Of a stretch of 54,063 nucleotides of DNA, positions 1-9,634 are shown piece after piece (position 1 is the first letter of the stretch; the number at the start of each line of letters is the position of its first letter). The notes beneath the pieces were generated by a model. It did no database searches, was not told where the DNA came from, and worked only from the letters and a program-made list of their open reading frames with translations. Source of the stretch: Dehalococcoidia bacterium (GTDB lineage: Bacteria; Chloroflexota; Dehalococcoidia; DSTF01; JACRBR01); the NCBI GenBank assembly GCA_041494685.1, contig JBGQBE010000018.1:1-54063 (forward strand), given 5' to 3'. The position numbers were made by a program, and so were the translations under genes.

Positions 1-2
1 GT

Positions 3-256
3 GTTTCAATCCTCACCCGTCGCGAACGACGGGTGCAACGTGCGATCGCTCCGGCCGTTGCCGGTGCCGATGGGGTTTCAATCCTCACCCGTCGCGAACG
101 ACGGGTGCAACCAAGCTGTCCGGACAGTCGGGCAGCGTGCAGATCTGTTTCAATCCTCACCCGTCGCGAACGACGGGTGCAACAACCGCGACCGCCATTT
201 AATCGCGGCACTCAAGCTCGTTTCAATCCTCACCCGTCGCGAACGACGGGTGCAAC
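3..256 (-). CRISPR. CRISPR array, 4 identical 37-bp repeats and 3 complete spacers; probably continues beyond the left edge
   Basis: Repeat GTTTCAATCCTCACCCGTCGCGAACGACGGGTGCAAC at 3-39, 75-111, 147-183, 220-256; spacers 35, 35, 36 bp. Minus-strand form ends in ATTGAAAC and has a CACCCGTCG/CGACGGGTG hairpin; lies downstream of cas2. Confidence 0.99.
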
Positions 257-450
257 GCCTAATGTGGCCCGCGCGACGCCCTCCCATGCCGCGCCTTAGA
301 TTCAACATCGACACATTATGCGCATCCGGCGTACGAACTGCGCGCGCCACGTCCCGGAGCGGTCTACGCACCCGGTTCCTCCCGAAGCTGGGCGCAGCTC
401 GCCTGCTGCGCGGATCGCACGCCTGGCACGCCCGCGCCGACGGTCCGCGC
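257..450 (-). promoter_or_regulatory. CRISPR leader
   Basis: Non-coding interval between the cas2 stop and the first repeat in transcription orientation. Confidence 0.75.
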
Positions 451-741
451 TCAGCCGATCAACGTCCCGCCGAAGTCGACCGGCGGCGACAGCCCGAACA
501 CCTGGACATGCGTCGACCGCGGCTCGCGCAGGCGGTAGATGCGCAGACTGTCCTGCGTCGGTTCGATCTCCCGGAGCAGCCGGTAGATCATCCGCTCCAT
601 CTGCACGTCCGTGACCGTGCACTCGAACACTGACTTCTGCACCCGCTGTCCGGAGCCGACGCAGATGTTGGCAACGCGACGCAGGCGGCGCCTTCCCGCC
701 TTCGTGTCGGTCGCGACGTCGTAGGCCACGAGGAGTTCCAT
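451..741 (-). CDS. cas2: CRISPR-associated endoribonuclease Cas2
   Basis: 96 aa, LLVAYDV...RRLRRVANIC...GQRVQKSVFEC...DSLRIY. Confidence 0.97.
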   Translation of the reverse strand: MELLVAYDVATDTKAGRRRLRRVANICVGSGQRVQKSVFECTVTDVQMERMIYRLLREIEPTQDSLRIYRLREPRSTHVQVFGLSPPVDFGGTLIG

Positions 742-770
742 GTTCTATGCTCCGTACTCTTCCTTTCGGC

Positions 771-1802
771 TCATCGGTACAGAAACGGCGGGTAGTATTC
801 CAGGTCACCGCGCAGATGCCTCGCCAGCAGCCGGGCCTGCACGTGCGGCACAAGGCCCAGCGGCACCCGGTCGCGCATCACCCGGTGACCCACGACCTCC
901 TGCTTCCGTTTCTGATACGCCGCGAGCACCGTCTTCCTCGTATCGTCGTCGAGGTACACCGCTCCGCCCGGCAAGTCGCGGAATCCGGTGGCGCGCACCT
1001 GCCGCCGGTTCACCAGCGTCAAGGCCAGCCGGTCCGCGAGCACGGGCCGCAACTCCTCCATCAGGTCCAGGGCGAGCGCCGGCCTGCCCGGCCGAAGCGC
1101 GTGCAGGAACCCGACTTGCGGGTCGAGCCCGACGCCCTCCAACGCGCTCACACACTCTGACCGTAACAGCGCGTAGAGGAACGACAACAGGGCGTTCATG
1201 CGGTCCCTCGGCGGACGCCGGGTGCGCCCGTGCGGCCGGAACGCATCGCGGTCCTCGCGCACCATCGACGCGAAGGCGCGGAAGTAGGTGCGGGCGGCGT
1301 CTCCTTCCGTCCCGCGAACGACGTCGAGGTCGTGCGCGTCCTTGAGCCGGGCCAGCCCCTGCGCGAGAAGCTCCGCGGCGCGGTCGAGCGTCTCGATATC
1401 GGCCGGCTCGCTCGCCTCGCGCGCCGCCCGCAGCAGCACCTGACGGCTGTTCTGGAGTTTTCCCGCCACGATCTGGCGCGCGACGTGGCAGGTCTTGATG
1501 CCATCGGACAGCGCGAGGTGTTGCGCTCGCCGCAACAGGACGTTGCCGGACGTAGGGCCTTCGACGCGCGCGGCGAAGCCCCCGTTGCGGCCCAGCAGCA
1601 CGACGCTCCTGCCGTCCGCCGCGCAGCGTTCGATGAGCTGCGGACTGACGCCGATGCTGCCGAAGCAGACGATGCCGGAGAGGCGGAGCAGCGGCACGCG
1701 CAGCGTCGTGGCGCCGTCCACCTCGACCCGGACGGTGTCGTGGTCGAGCTTGAGATACGCGCCCGGAGTCACTGCGTACAGGACGTTGCCGATCTCAGCC
1801 AT
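771..1802 (-). CDS. cas1: CRISPR-associated endonuclease Cas1, type I-C-like
   Basis: GNVLLRRAQH, RGTEGDAARTYF, RRPPRDRMNALLSFLY, GLDPQVGFLH, LALDLMEELRP, YPPF terminus; start chosen after a GAGGAGG RBS. Confidence 0.97.
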   Translation of the reverse strand: MAEIGNVLYAVTPGAYLKLDHDTVRVEVDGATTLRVPLLRLSGIVCFGSIGVSPQLIERCAADGRSVVLLGRNGGFAARVEGPTSGNVLLRRAQHLALSDGIKTCHVARQIVAGKLQNSRQVLLRAAREASEPADIETLDRAAELLAQGLARLKDAHDLDVVRGTEGDAARTYFRAFASMVREDRDAFRPHGRTRRPPRDRMNALLSFLYALLRSECVSALEGVGLDPQVGFLHALRPGRPALALDLMEELRPVLADRLALTLVNRRQVRATGFRDLPGGAVYLDDDTRKTVLAAYQKRKQEVVGHRVMRDRVPLGLVPHVQARLLARHLRGDLEYYPPFLYR

Positions 1803-2499
1803 CACCATCCTCCTCGTCATCAGCGGACGTCGCGTCGAACGGTCGGAAGAGCGCGCCCTGGAAGCCGCGCAGCCGCGCCCGTCCGGCCACGACGCCGGGC
1901 AGGCACGATGCCTTCAACGAGCATGGCGGACAGCGGGCGTCGTCCGGCGCCTCGGGCAGACGCTGCGCGCGGATCTGCTCGTGGACCAGCGCGACCGTCC
2001 GCTCGACCGAAGACCTCAGCTCGGGCGTGAACTCCACCGCATGGCGGCGCCGCGTCGCCCAGTAGAAGAGCGCGCCTCGCGGCACGGGCATGCCGAGCAT
2101 CTCTTCCAGGCAGAGCGCCTGCGCACAGACTTGCAGGTCCTCCGGCCGCGGCGCGCCGCGACGCGACGCCCGGCGGCGGCCGACCTTGTACTCGACAGGG
2201 AACGGCACGCTGCCATGGAATTCGACAAGATCGGCCTTGCCGATGAGTCCCAGCCGCTCGGACCAGATCGGCAACGCGCGCTCGTAGCGGACGCCGGACA
2301 CCAGCTCGGACCCGGGGATATCGACGCGCTCGTGGGCCTGGGAGCCGCGCAGCGTGTAGATGTTCTCATCGAACGTCTGCTCGACGTGGATCAGCGCGCA
2401 CTGCCGCGCGCAGTACGCGTAGTGCTCGATCGCGGAGACGGCGATCAGATCATCATCGAGCGCGGCGCGGTTCGGGGACTCCAGATCATGGCCTGTCAT
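1795..2499 (-). CDS. cas4: CRISPR-associated exonuclease Cas4
   Basis: HYAYCARQ, GKADLVE, PVEYKVG, QVCAQALCLEEM, CxxCSLxxxC Fe-S cysteines. Confidence 0.96.
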   Translation of the reverse strand: MTGHDLESPNRAALDDDLIAVSAIEHYAYCARQCALIHVEQTFDENIYTLRGSQAHERVDIPGSELVSGVRYERALPIWSERLGLIGKADLVEFHGSVPFPVEYKVGRRRASRRGAPRPEDLQVCAQALCLEEMLGMPVPRGALFYWATRRRHAVEFTPELRSSVERTVALVHEQIRAQRLPEAPDDARCPPCSLKASCLPGVVAGRARLRGFQGALFRPFDATSADDEEDGDG

Positions 2500-4679
2500 G
2501 CAATGTAGTACGAGTCGGTCGGACTGATCTGGCCGACCATGTAGCCCAAAAAGTCGGGATCGTAGTCACCTGTCCACAGGTAAATGCTGTGAGGGCTAAC
2601 TCTGTCGCCGCTCAGCGGTTCAACGGGCATCTTGCCGAGCTTGCGCACCCATATCTGTACACTGCCTTTGAGCAGGTCGTTAACCGGCACATGCCGACCC
2701 TCTCGCAGGCTTTTCGCCAGAGCTTGGTCGATAATCACGAACCGTGAATCAGTGTCTATGACTCGGCAAAGTTTAGCGACCTCGGGGTACCGTCGTGTAG
2801 CCTCGGCTCCGCGGAGCTTTCGCGCGCGTTGGCTCTGGCCCTCCGTGACCTCGAGGCGCATGGCTTCCAGCACCAGTTCGCTCACTGGCAATGACCCGAT
2901 GCTGCCGTCAGCGAACAATCTGGTCAGAGCCCGTTGAGGCACCTCAAGCTGAGGATTGTTGGGCAGCACTGGATCGGTGACACGGAAGTCCCAGACCTCC
3001 GCCAGGCTGTGCTCTGCCCGACGATTTACGCGGCCGCTGATCTGTATGATGCTCGCGGTCGTGGCGGTCTCGCGGAACCCGGTGCGGAAGGACATGTCGA
3101 GCCCGGCCTCGACGCAACTGGTGGCCACAAGGGTCCAATCGGCCGTCGATTTCAGCTTGGCCAAGACCCGGTCAAGCATCCGCAAGCGGTCCGCTGGAGT
3201 AAGAGCGGTTGACAGGTGCAACACGTCCCCGTGATGCACGCGCCTCATGCGGTCTGCGACAGCGGCCGCCGACTGAACGGTGTTCAAGACGACGATGCGC
3301 GGGCCCGGTTTGCTGACGACGAAATCGATGAAGTCGTCGAGCATGAGCGCCGCGTCATGTCTGCGGAGTGCGACACGGTTCCCTTCAGCAGCCGCGAGTT
3401 TGCTGCGGAGCGCCTCGGATATCAGGTCGGGCACATCGGAAGGCGTCTTTGGAGGGTCTACAAACTCGGAAAGCTCCCAGAATCGAGGGAGTGTCCCGCT
3501 CGCAAGGACGACGTGTCCGCCCCAGTTCGAAACCCACTCATCAAGCCAGAGCCACATTTGCGGCCACAGATGCGCGGGCAGGGCCGCGTGCGCCTCGTCG
3601 ACGAAGACGGCAGATCCGGGAAGTTCATGTAGCTTCCTGAGTCGGGCGGGATGATGGGATCCAATGGTCTCGAAGAACTGAACAGCGGTCGTAACGATGA
3701 CGGGCGCGCGCCAAAGCGTGGCAAGCTGGCGGGCGTCAAGGGAGTCGAAGTCCGCCTGGTGATCGTGCTCGGCGACGACGCTGAGAGGATCCTCCCCCGG
3801 GAGGAGGATGGCCTCTCTGTACGTCTGGACAGACTGCCGCACAATGTTGACGTAGGGAAGGACAACGAAAATGTGACGTAGCCGTCGCTCCGCAGCGACT
3901 CTGAGCAGGTGAGCCATCACGGCGGTGGTCTTGCCGCTGCCGACCGGGGCGTCGCAAGACCTGATGCCGGGCTCAACGGCCGCTGAGCGGCAAGCGGCGT
4001 AGACGTGCGTCAGGTCCGCATCTCGTGGCGAGCCGCCTGGAAGCTTCGCCACGTACGCGTCTAACGCCCGCATCCGATCCTCCCAACGGGGCTCCGGCCA
4101 CCGCGGATCAGATTCGTTGCCATAGTGGCGTGCGGTGTCGCCATGGTCACCATCCACGAGGCAGGAGAGGGCGAGTCTGCGTTCCCATCCGGTGCGGTGG
4201 AGAAGACCGGACCGGTCGACCCGTCCGACGACGTGACACCCCTCGGACTCGTGGAGACCCGCATAAGCCATGCGATGTTGGTCGACGTGCGCCGCCACGG
4301 CCAGGTTGCGGAACGGGGTTGGCTTTTTGCGTTCTTCCTGCTCGTCGAACAGACCTGCGTGGTGCGCGGCAACGAGGACCGCCGCTTCGCTACGGCCGCA
4401 GTCGAGCAGATGGGCCACCCCGGCGTCGTCGTGGGCCAGAGGCAGCCGTTGCCGGGAGACCCGCGCCAACACGGTCTGGTTCTCGCCGTCCAGTTTGCCG
4501 AGGTCGTGATACGACGCGGCCGCAGCTACATCGTCGATGAACGCGTGGCGATCATCTGCATAGAATTCGCATGCGCGACCCGCATTTTCTCGCGCCTCCC
4601 GCTCGACGTTGCAGCTATGCTCGCGATACAGCTGCGCGCCCCAAGGCGGACGGGGGCTATGGGCGAGCGGGGAGCTCAC
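2496..4679 (-). CDS. cas3: CRISPR-associated HD nuclease/helicase Cas3
   Basis: HD motif YHDLGK, SCLVDGD, Walker A APVGSGKT, DEAH, VEAGLD, QISGRVNR; 727 aa. Confidence 0.95.
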   Translation of the reverse strand: MSSPLAHSPRPPWGAQLYREHSCNVEREARENAGRACEFYADDRHAFIDDVAAAASYHDLGKLDGENQTVLARVSRQRLPLAHDDAGVAHLLDCGRSEAAVLVAAHHAGLFDEQEERKKPTPFRNLAVAAHVDQHRMAYAGLHESEGCHVVGRVDRSGLLHRTGWERRLALSCLVDGDHGDTARHYGNESDPRWPEPRWEDRMRALDAYVAKLPGGSPRDADLTHVYAACRSAAVEPGIRSCDAPVGSGKTTAVMAHLLRVAAERRLRHIFVVLPYVNIVRQSVQTYREAILLPGEDPLSVVAEHDHQADFDSLDARQLATLWRAPVIVTTAVQFFETIGSHHPARLRKLHELPGSAVFVDEAHAALPAHLWPQMWLWLDEWVSNWGGHVVLASGTLPRFWELSEFVDPPKTPSDVPDLISEALRSKLAAAEGNRVALRRHDAALMLDDFIDFVVSKPGPRIVVLNTVQSAAAVADRMRRVHHGDVLHLSTALTPADRLRMLDRVLAKLKSTADWTLVATSCVEAGLDMSFRTGFRETATTASIIQISGRVNRRAEHSLAEVWDFRVTDPVLPNNPQLEVPQRALTRLFADGSIGSLPVSELVLEAMRLEVTEGQSQRARKLRGAEATRRYPEVAKLCRVIDTDSRFVIIDQALAKSLREGRHVPVNDLLKGSVQIWVRKLGKMPVEPLSGDRVSPHSIYLWTGDYDPDFLGYMVGQISPTDSYYIA

Positions 4680-5545
4680 TGCCCTTCCATCAGGTCGCGG
4701 AACTCGGCGAGGCGCGTTCGGAGCGGGCCGATATCATCAGGCACTTCGTAATCAGACCACGCCTGGGACGGGGAGTTGGGGTCACCTTTCTTCTTTGGAG
4801 CGAGCGCGTCTAACAGTTCGAAATCCGAACACGAGCCGAGCGGAGACTTGTGCTCCATGTACCAGGCGTGACGGATCTCCACTGCGTTTCGGATGCTGGA
4901 CTTGGTGTGTGCGTACGCATAAGGGATGAGGGCGAGCATGAGGTCAACGTCAACGCGGTTGCACCCGGACTTCAGGGCCGCGCTCGGGTTGGCGAAGAAG
5001 GGCATGCAGTAGACGCCGTGCTCAACCACCCTGAAACCCAATGGCGCCATGCCCCTCGACTTACCCTCCTCCGTCGGCGCCATCCTCGTGGTGGTATCTC
5101 GTCTGATTCGGACCGGTGCGACCGACAATCCGACCCCGAACTGCGCGACCCCGCTCCTGATGGTGTCTCCCATTTCCTTCTCCAGGAAGGTGTTCCCGAA
5201 TAGCCGGGCATCCCAGTACCGCCGCTTGAAGCCAGCGAAGTCTGACTTGATTTCCTTGTTGACTGCCTTGTTGTCACGTTCGCGCGATTCCAGAATCGCG
5301 AATTTCTCCGGGTCGAGTCCCCGCTCGGATGCCAAGGCTGTCCAAACCGGCCCGTCCTTTTGCTCCACCAGGTCACGCAGTTTGCGCTTGAAGGATACGG
5401 GCGAGATAAAGCCACGCTGGTCGTGCGAGCGTTGTCGTGGGTCGCCCTCTTGATCGGGGTCGCCGTTGGGGTTGGAGTCCCGCACTTCGATCACCAGCAA
5501 TCCCACGGCCCGGGCGATGCTTGAGTTCCTGTCCTGCTCACTCAT
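4676..5545 (-). CDS. cas7: Cas7 (Csd2-like) backbone subunit
   Basis: SNPNGDPD...PR, SFKRKLRD, YWDARLFG; AGGAGG RBS upstream of the ATG at 5545. Confidence 0.93.
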   Translation of the reverse strand: MSEQDRNSSIARAVGLLVIEVRDSNPNGDPDQEGDPRQRSHDQRGFISPVSFKRKLRDLVEQKDGPVWTALASERGLDPEKFAILESRERDNKAVNKEIKSDFAGFKRRYWDARLFGNTFLEKEMGDTIRSGVAQFGVGLSVAPVRIRRDTTTRMAPTEEGKSRGMAPLGFRVVEHGVYCMPFFANPSAALKSGCNRVDVDLMLALIPYAYAHTKSSIRNAVEIRHAWYMEHKSPLGSCSDFELLDALAPKKKGDPNSPSQAWSDYEVPDDIGPLRTRLAEFRDLMEGQ

Positions 5546-5939
5546 CCTGTCCTCCTGAAGATTCCCCTTCGCCTTCCTCCCCGGAAACCGAGTCAGAGAG
5601 CCTGGATACGTACCCAAGTATCAGTTGGGCCCTGTCCGCTTCGTTCGCGCTTGCCGGCAGCGTGGCGCTTGCCAGTTGAGTCGCTGTTATCTGAATCCGG
5701 CCAACCGCCCATCGTGCGAGCCTATCGCCCTCTCTCTCCGCCCACGATTTGTACAGAGGAAGGCGCTCGCTAAGCCGGGCGACCGCAGCCGTCGGGTTGT
5801 CGCGAGCTACCGCCATGAGAGCGTTGCCGATCATCTGGGGCGGCAGTTGCTGGGCCTTGCGTCCTTGCAATGAGTGCTCCCTGTGAAGCACGTCAGCCAG
5901 CGCAAGCAGGCGCCCTACGAGGAACGGTGCCGAATGCAT
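5538..5939 (-). CDS. cas11: Putative Cas11c small subunit from an internal in-frame start in cas8c
   Basis: AAGGAGGAGtacATG: strong SD directly before an in-frame Met (codon 536) preceding the GRLLA helix; 133-aa product. Confidence 0.65.
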   Translation of the reverse strand: MHSAPFLVGRLLALADVLHREHSLQGRKAQQLPPQMIGNALMAVARDNPTAAVARLSERLPLYKSWAEREGDRLARWAVGRIQITATQLASATLPASANEADRAQLILGYVSRLSDSVSGEEGEGESSGGQDE

Positions 5940-7544
5940 GTACTCCTCCTTTCGGTGATCAAGTGCGTGCAAGAGGATGCCGAGTACGGTCGTTGCTAAC
6001 ATCGCATCACGGCAGGATTCAAGTGGGTATCCATGCCTCGCCGAGTTCGCCGGTCTCAGTCGCAAGAGGACGCCAAAGAGTCCTGTCATCAACGGCCAGG
6101 TGCGGCTCACCGTCAGGCCAAGGAGAGCGGTCGCCGCTGTTTCCCATCCGGGACCCTTGAGCATTACATTAAGGACTTGACTGAAGTTTGCGCCTTGCGA
6201 CGAGCTCCAGCGCTTGCCGGATTCCATCCACTGCCGCGACGTGATGCTGACCAGCCGGTCCGGGCGCGGAGTCAGTGGCCTGAGGAGCACTTGACCAGAC
6301 CCTTTGGATGCTGGAACGCGCACTGACACAGCCGGGATGTTCTTGCCCCCTCGTTGCCACGATTCGGCCGCGCTGATGATGTCTCGGACGGCGGGCTGCG
6401 CTGATAGCTGCACCTGTGCTTGCCCTTCTGACACCCTCCGCAACAGGAAGATATTGAGGCGGCTCTCCGGTGCCTGGCGCGCGACTCCGTCCAGCGCGGC
6501 GCAGACGGCGGATGCGTCGGCCTCGAACTGCGCAAGCTCGCCACCTGTCCCGGTGCCGAAGAGGCTTGCGATCGGGGCAGGAAGAATCACTCCGCCTTCA
6601 ACGTAGGCGATCAGCAGGTCGCGCTGCTCTCGCGGGTGTCCGCTCGATTTCTCGAAGTGGCCATTCCAGATGCCGCACCAAGTCAGCCCTTTGCGTTCGT
6701 CCGTCACGATGAACGCGAGAGCATCCTGCATCTTCAGCGCGACATCGGTCGACACCGGCACGATCGACGAGTCCGCCAGCCCGTACCGGTGATTGCAGGG
6801 CGCGCCGCCGCGGTTCTCGTCATCAGAGAACATGGAGACGAGCGGGACCGCCTTGTTGAGAACGGGAAGCATGACGGCGGGGAAGGGGCCCGCCTGGAGG
6901 TGCCCGCTCGTGCCACTGTACGCGCACTCTTGTGCCGAATGCGGCGGACCTTCCCCATCGCCCAGCGGCAACGCGCGCTCGACGAGACCGCGCGTAGACG
7001 TGCGATAGATTGTCTCGCGGTCATGATCGAATGCAAGCTGTATCGCCGGAAAGCCCTTCTTTCCAGCGGCACGTAGCTTTTGGAGCTCGGCGCGCAATCG
7101 TTGGTCGTCGTCGGCGGGCAACCGAGCGATCAATTGCTGGTAAGCTTCGGCGCGGTCATGCGTCATGCTGACGAATCTAGCGCAGAGACCGTTGACATTC
7201 GCTAATCCGCCATCGGATCGGGACGCTCCTTCGAGCTCCTCGGCCTTTTTCTCTAGCCGGTCAAAGAGATCACACGCTGCCTTCGGCCAAGAGGCGGCAT
7301 CGGGGTCGATGGGCAGGCGGCATACCGGGAAGGCATTCTGATTGCCCTCGCGGACGGTCCACAGTCCGGGCCACTCTTCCTTCGTCACCCTGTCCAGGCT
7401 GGTAATGCGCCCCTGGTCATCGAGCGACAGGCGAAGGCATGGTCCCGATGACGGTCCCGGCTCCTTGACGCGTGGGTGCTTTCGCGGCGGCTGTAGTTCC
7501 GCAGCCTTCAAAGATTCGGCGAGACGGTGCAGTTCATTGAGCAT
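5538..7544 (-). CDS. cas8c: Divergent Cas8c (Csd1-like) large subunit
   Basis: Lies between cas5 and cas7 with overlapping start/stop codons; MLNEL start; C-terminal FLVGRLLA motif resembles Csd1 (YxxGRLFA). Confidence 0.75.
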   Translation of the reverse strand: MLNELHRLAESLKAAELQPPRKHPRVKEPGPSSGPCLRLSLDDQGRITSLDRVTKEEWPGLWTVREGNQNAFPVCRLPIDPDAASWPKAACDLFDRLEKKAEELEGASRSDGGLANVNGLCARFVSMTHDRAEAYQQLIARLPADDDQRLRAELQKLRAAGKKGFPAIQLAFDHDRETIYRTSTRGLVERALPLGDGEGPPHSAQECAYSGTSGHLQAGPFPAVMLPVLNKAVPLVSMFSDDENRGGAPCNHRYGLADSSIVPVSTDVALKMQDALAFIVTDERKGLTWCGIWNGHFEKSSGHPREQRDLLIAYVEGGVILPAPIASLFGTGTGGELAQFEADASAVCAALDGVARQAPESRLNIFLLRRVSEGQAQVQLSAQPAVRDIISAAESWQRGGKNIPAVSVRVPASKGSGQVLLRPLTPRPDRLVSITSRQWMESGKRWSSSQGANFSQVLNVMLKGPGWETAATALLGLTVSRTWPLMTGLFGVLLRLRPANSARHGYPLESCRDAMLATTVLGILLHALDHRKEEYMHSAPFLVGRLLALADVLHREHSLQGRKAQQLPPQMIGNALMAVARDNPTAAVARLSERLPLYKSWAEREGDRLARWAVGRIQITATQLASATLPASANEADRAQLILGYVSRLSDSVSGEEGEGESSGGQDE

Positions 7545-8172
7545 TCGACGCCTCTCTGTAAAGCAGTGTTCCCTCGCGGATCTCGCGGTCCGTTCGAAAG
7601 ACGGGCGACACTCTGCCCGCCTCGTCGAATACCGACTCGAGAAGTGACTCCAGATGTCCGTTCAGATCCTGGTTGATGGCGGTGGGCGCGCGGAGCGGCC
7701 CGAAGTAGCTTGGCGCAAACTCCCGCCAGCCCAGACATGGCGTGTGGAAGCTCTGGCCGTTATGAAGCCGCCGCTCGAACATGGCCTGGAGTTGGTGGCA
7801 GTCGCGTGGAGGGGTCGTGCTTTGGGGAGTTGGCTCGACAGTCCCGTGAACGCGGTAGCACACATCCACCAGTACCGTGGCGATGAGCTGGTAATTGTCC
7901 CGGCGCTTGAACTGTTGCGGCTTTCGGAGTGGGCCGCCGTAGTTCGTTACGTACCGCTCGTAACGTATGTCGCAGCAGACCTCTACACGTTGGGGAACGA
8001 TCTGCGCGGCAGAGAGGCGGCTGCTGGCTAGCCGGGCCACGGACTCGAACATGCCTTTGGCCGCCGAGTACGTCGGCACCGGGTACGATACTGGCGAGGA
8101 CCCCGTGTCCGGCCTGGCGAACATCGCAAACGGCCCTGCTATTTCGAAACTGACCGGATACGTTCTTTCCAT
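7534..8172 (-). CDS. cas5: Cas5 (Cas5d-like; probably also processes crRNA, as no cas6 is present)
   Basis: FEIAGPFAMFARPD...VSYPVPTYSAAKGMFE, VLVDVCY, PCLGWREF. Confidence 0.92.
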   Translation of the reverse strand: MERTYPVSFEIAGPFAMFARPDTGSSPVSYPVPTYSAAKGMFESVARLASSRLSAAQIVPQRVEVCCDIRYERYVTNYGGPLRKPQQFKRRDNYQLIATVLVDVCYRVHGTVEPTPQSTTPPRDCHQLQAMFERRLHNGQSFHTPCLGWREFAPSYFGPLRAPTAINQDLNGHLESLLESVFDEAGRVSPVFRTDREIREGTLLYREASNAQ

Positions 8173-8286
8173 AAGCCTGCTCCTGATTCCGCGCTACGTC
8201 CGGCTCGTGCTACTCGCCGCGCTGATTCGCGCTGTGCGCCGCTGCGGTCATCAAACGACCTCTTCGGACCAGCGAACCACGGAGGT

Positions 8287-8303
8287 GCGACAATTCTTGT
8301 CGC
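8287..8303. promoter_or_regulatory. Palindromic operator upstream of the cas operon
   Basis: GCGACAA-TTC-TTGTCGC perfect inverted repeat, about 115 bp upstream of cas5. Confidence 0.5.
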
Positions 8304-8469
8304 GTTCACTGCCAATGATGAACGTGCAATTTGCCGCACATATCCGAGTGATGGAGCTTACGATACACCCTCAGCGGCTCGGGGGCGAGAAGTTCGCACG
8401 GGGCCGAGTGCTGTGACCGGCCCGATCCCCGTCCTTGCCACGCGGCGCACGCCCGCGTATACCGGGTGC

Positions 8470-9612
8470 ATGACCGCTGACGTTCTGCTGACCGACGAGC
8501 ACCGCCTGTTGCGCGATACCGTGCTCGCGTTCGCCCGCCGGGAACTCGGGCCCGTCGCCGACGAGATCGACCGCACGGACTCCTTCCCGCCCGGCCTGTT
8601 CCGCCGCCTGGGCGACCTCGGCGTGCTCGGCGTCACCATCCCGAAGGAGTACGGCGGCGCCGGGGCCGACCTCCTGTCCGGCGTGCTGATCATCGAGCAG
8701 CTCGCGCGCGTCTCCGCGTCCGTCGCGCTGTCGTACGGCGCGCACGCGAACCTCTGCGCCCACAACCTCTACACCAACGGCACCGAGGAGCAGCGCCGCG
8801 CCTACCTGCCGGGCCTCTGCTCCGGCGAGCGCGTCGGCGCGCTCGCCATCACCGAACCGGACGCCGGCTCCGACGCCGTCGGCATCAGCACCAGGGCCGT
8901 CGCCGATGGCGACGACTTCGTCCTGAACGGGACGAAGATGTTCATCACGAACGGCACGATCGCCGACGTGTTCGTGCTCTACGCGAAGACCAGCCCGGAG
9001 AAGGGCCCGCACGGCATCACCACGTTCATCATCGAGAAGGACTTCGCCGGCTTCTCCGTCGCCCGCAAGCTCGACAAGTTCGGCCACCGCGGCTCGCCGA
9101 CCGCCGAACTGCGGCTCGATGACTGCCGGGTGCCGCGCGCCAACGTCCTCGGCAAGCTTGATGAGGGTGTCTCCGTCATGATGCGCGGGCTGGACTGCGA
9201 GCGCGTGTTCCTCGCCGGCGAGTCCATCGGCATCGCCGAAGAGGCACTGGCGCTCTCGATCGACTACGCCCGCCAGCGGGAGCAGTTCGGTCAGCCCATC
9301 GGCGGCTTCCAGCTCATCCAGGCCAAGCTTGCCGACATGTACACGCAGGTCGAAGCCGCACGCGCGCTCGTCTACCAGACCGCCGTCCGGGCCGAGCGCA
9401 GCCCCGCGAGCAAGGAAGCCGCGGCGGCGATCCTCTTCGCCGCCGAGATGTCCACGCGCGTCGCCCTCGACGCGATGCAGATCCACGGCGGCTACGGCTA
9501 CCTCAACGACCTGCCGCTGGGCCGCCTGGTGCGCGACGCCAAGCTGCTGGAGATCGGCGCCGGCACGTCGGAGATCCGCCGCCTGATCATCGGGCGCGCC
9601 CTGCTGAAGTAG
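8470..9612 (+). CDS. Acyl-CoA dehydrogenase (isovaleryl-CoA dehydrogenase-like)
   Basis: ALAITEPDAGSD, LNGTKMFITNG, REQFGQPIGGFQ, RDAKLLEIGAGTSEIRR. Confidence 0.95.
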   Translation: MTADVLLTDEHRLLRDTVLAFARRELGPVADEIDRTDSFPPGLFRRLGDLGVLGVTIPKEYGGAGADLLSGVLIIEQLARVSASVALSYGAHANLCAHNLYTNGTEEQRRAYLPGLCSGERVGALAITEPDAGSDAVGISTRAVADGDDFVLNGTKMFITNGTIADVFVLYAKTSPEKGPHGITTFIIEKDFAGFSVARKLDKFGHRGSPTAELRLDDCRVPRANVLGKLDEGVSVMMRGLDCERVFLAGESIGIAEEALALSIDYARQREQFGQPIGGFQLIQAKLADMYTQVEAARALVYQTAVRAERSPASKEAAAAILFAAEMSTRVALDAMQIHGGYGYLNDLPLGRLVRDAKLLEIGAGTSEIRRLIIGRALLK

Positions 9613-9634
9613 CACCCACTCAAGCGACGAGCGC

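Noticed and set aside
116..127. Palindrome CTGTCCGGACAG in spacer 2
   Set aside because: A single short palindrome, compatible with chance.
1..633. 210-aa ORF with a repeated FQSSPVANDGCN peptide
   Set aside because: It is the translation of the CRISPR repeats and the antisense of cas2.
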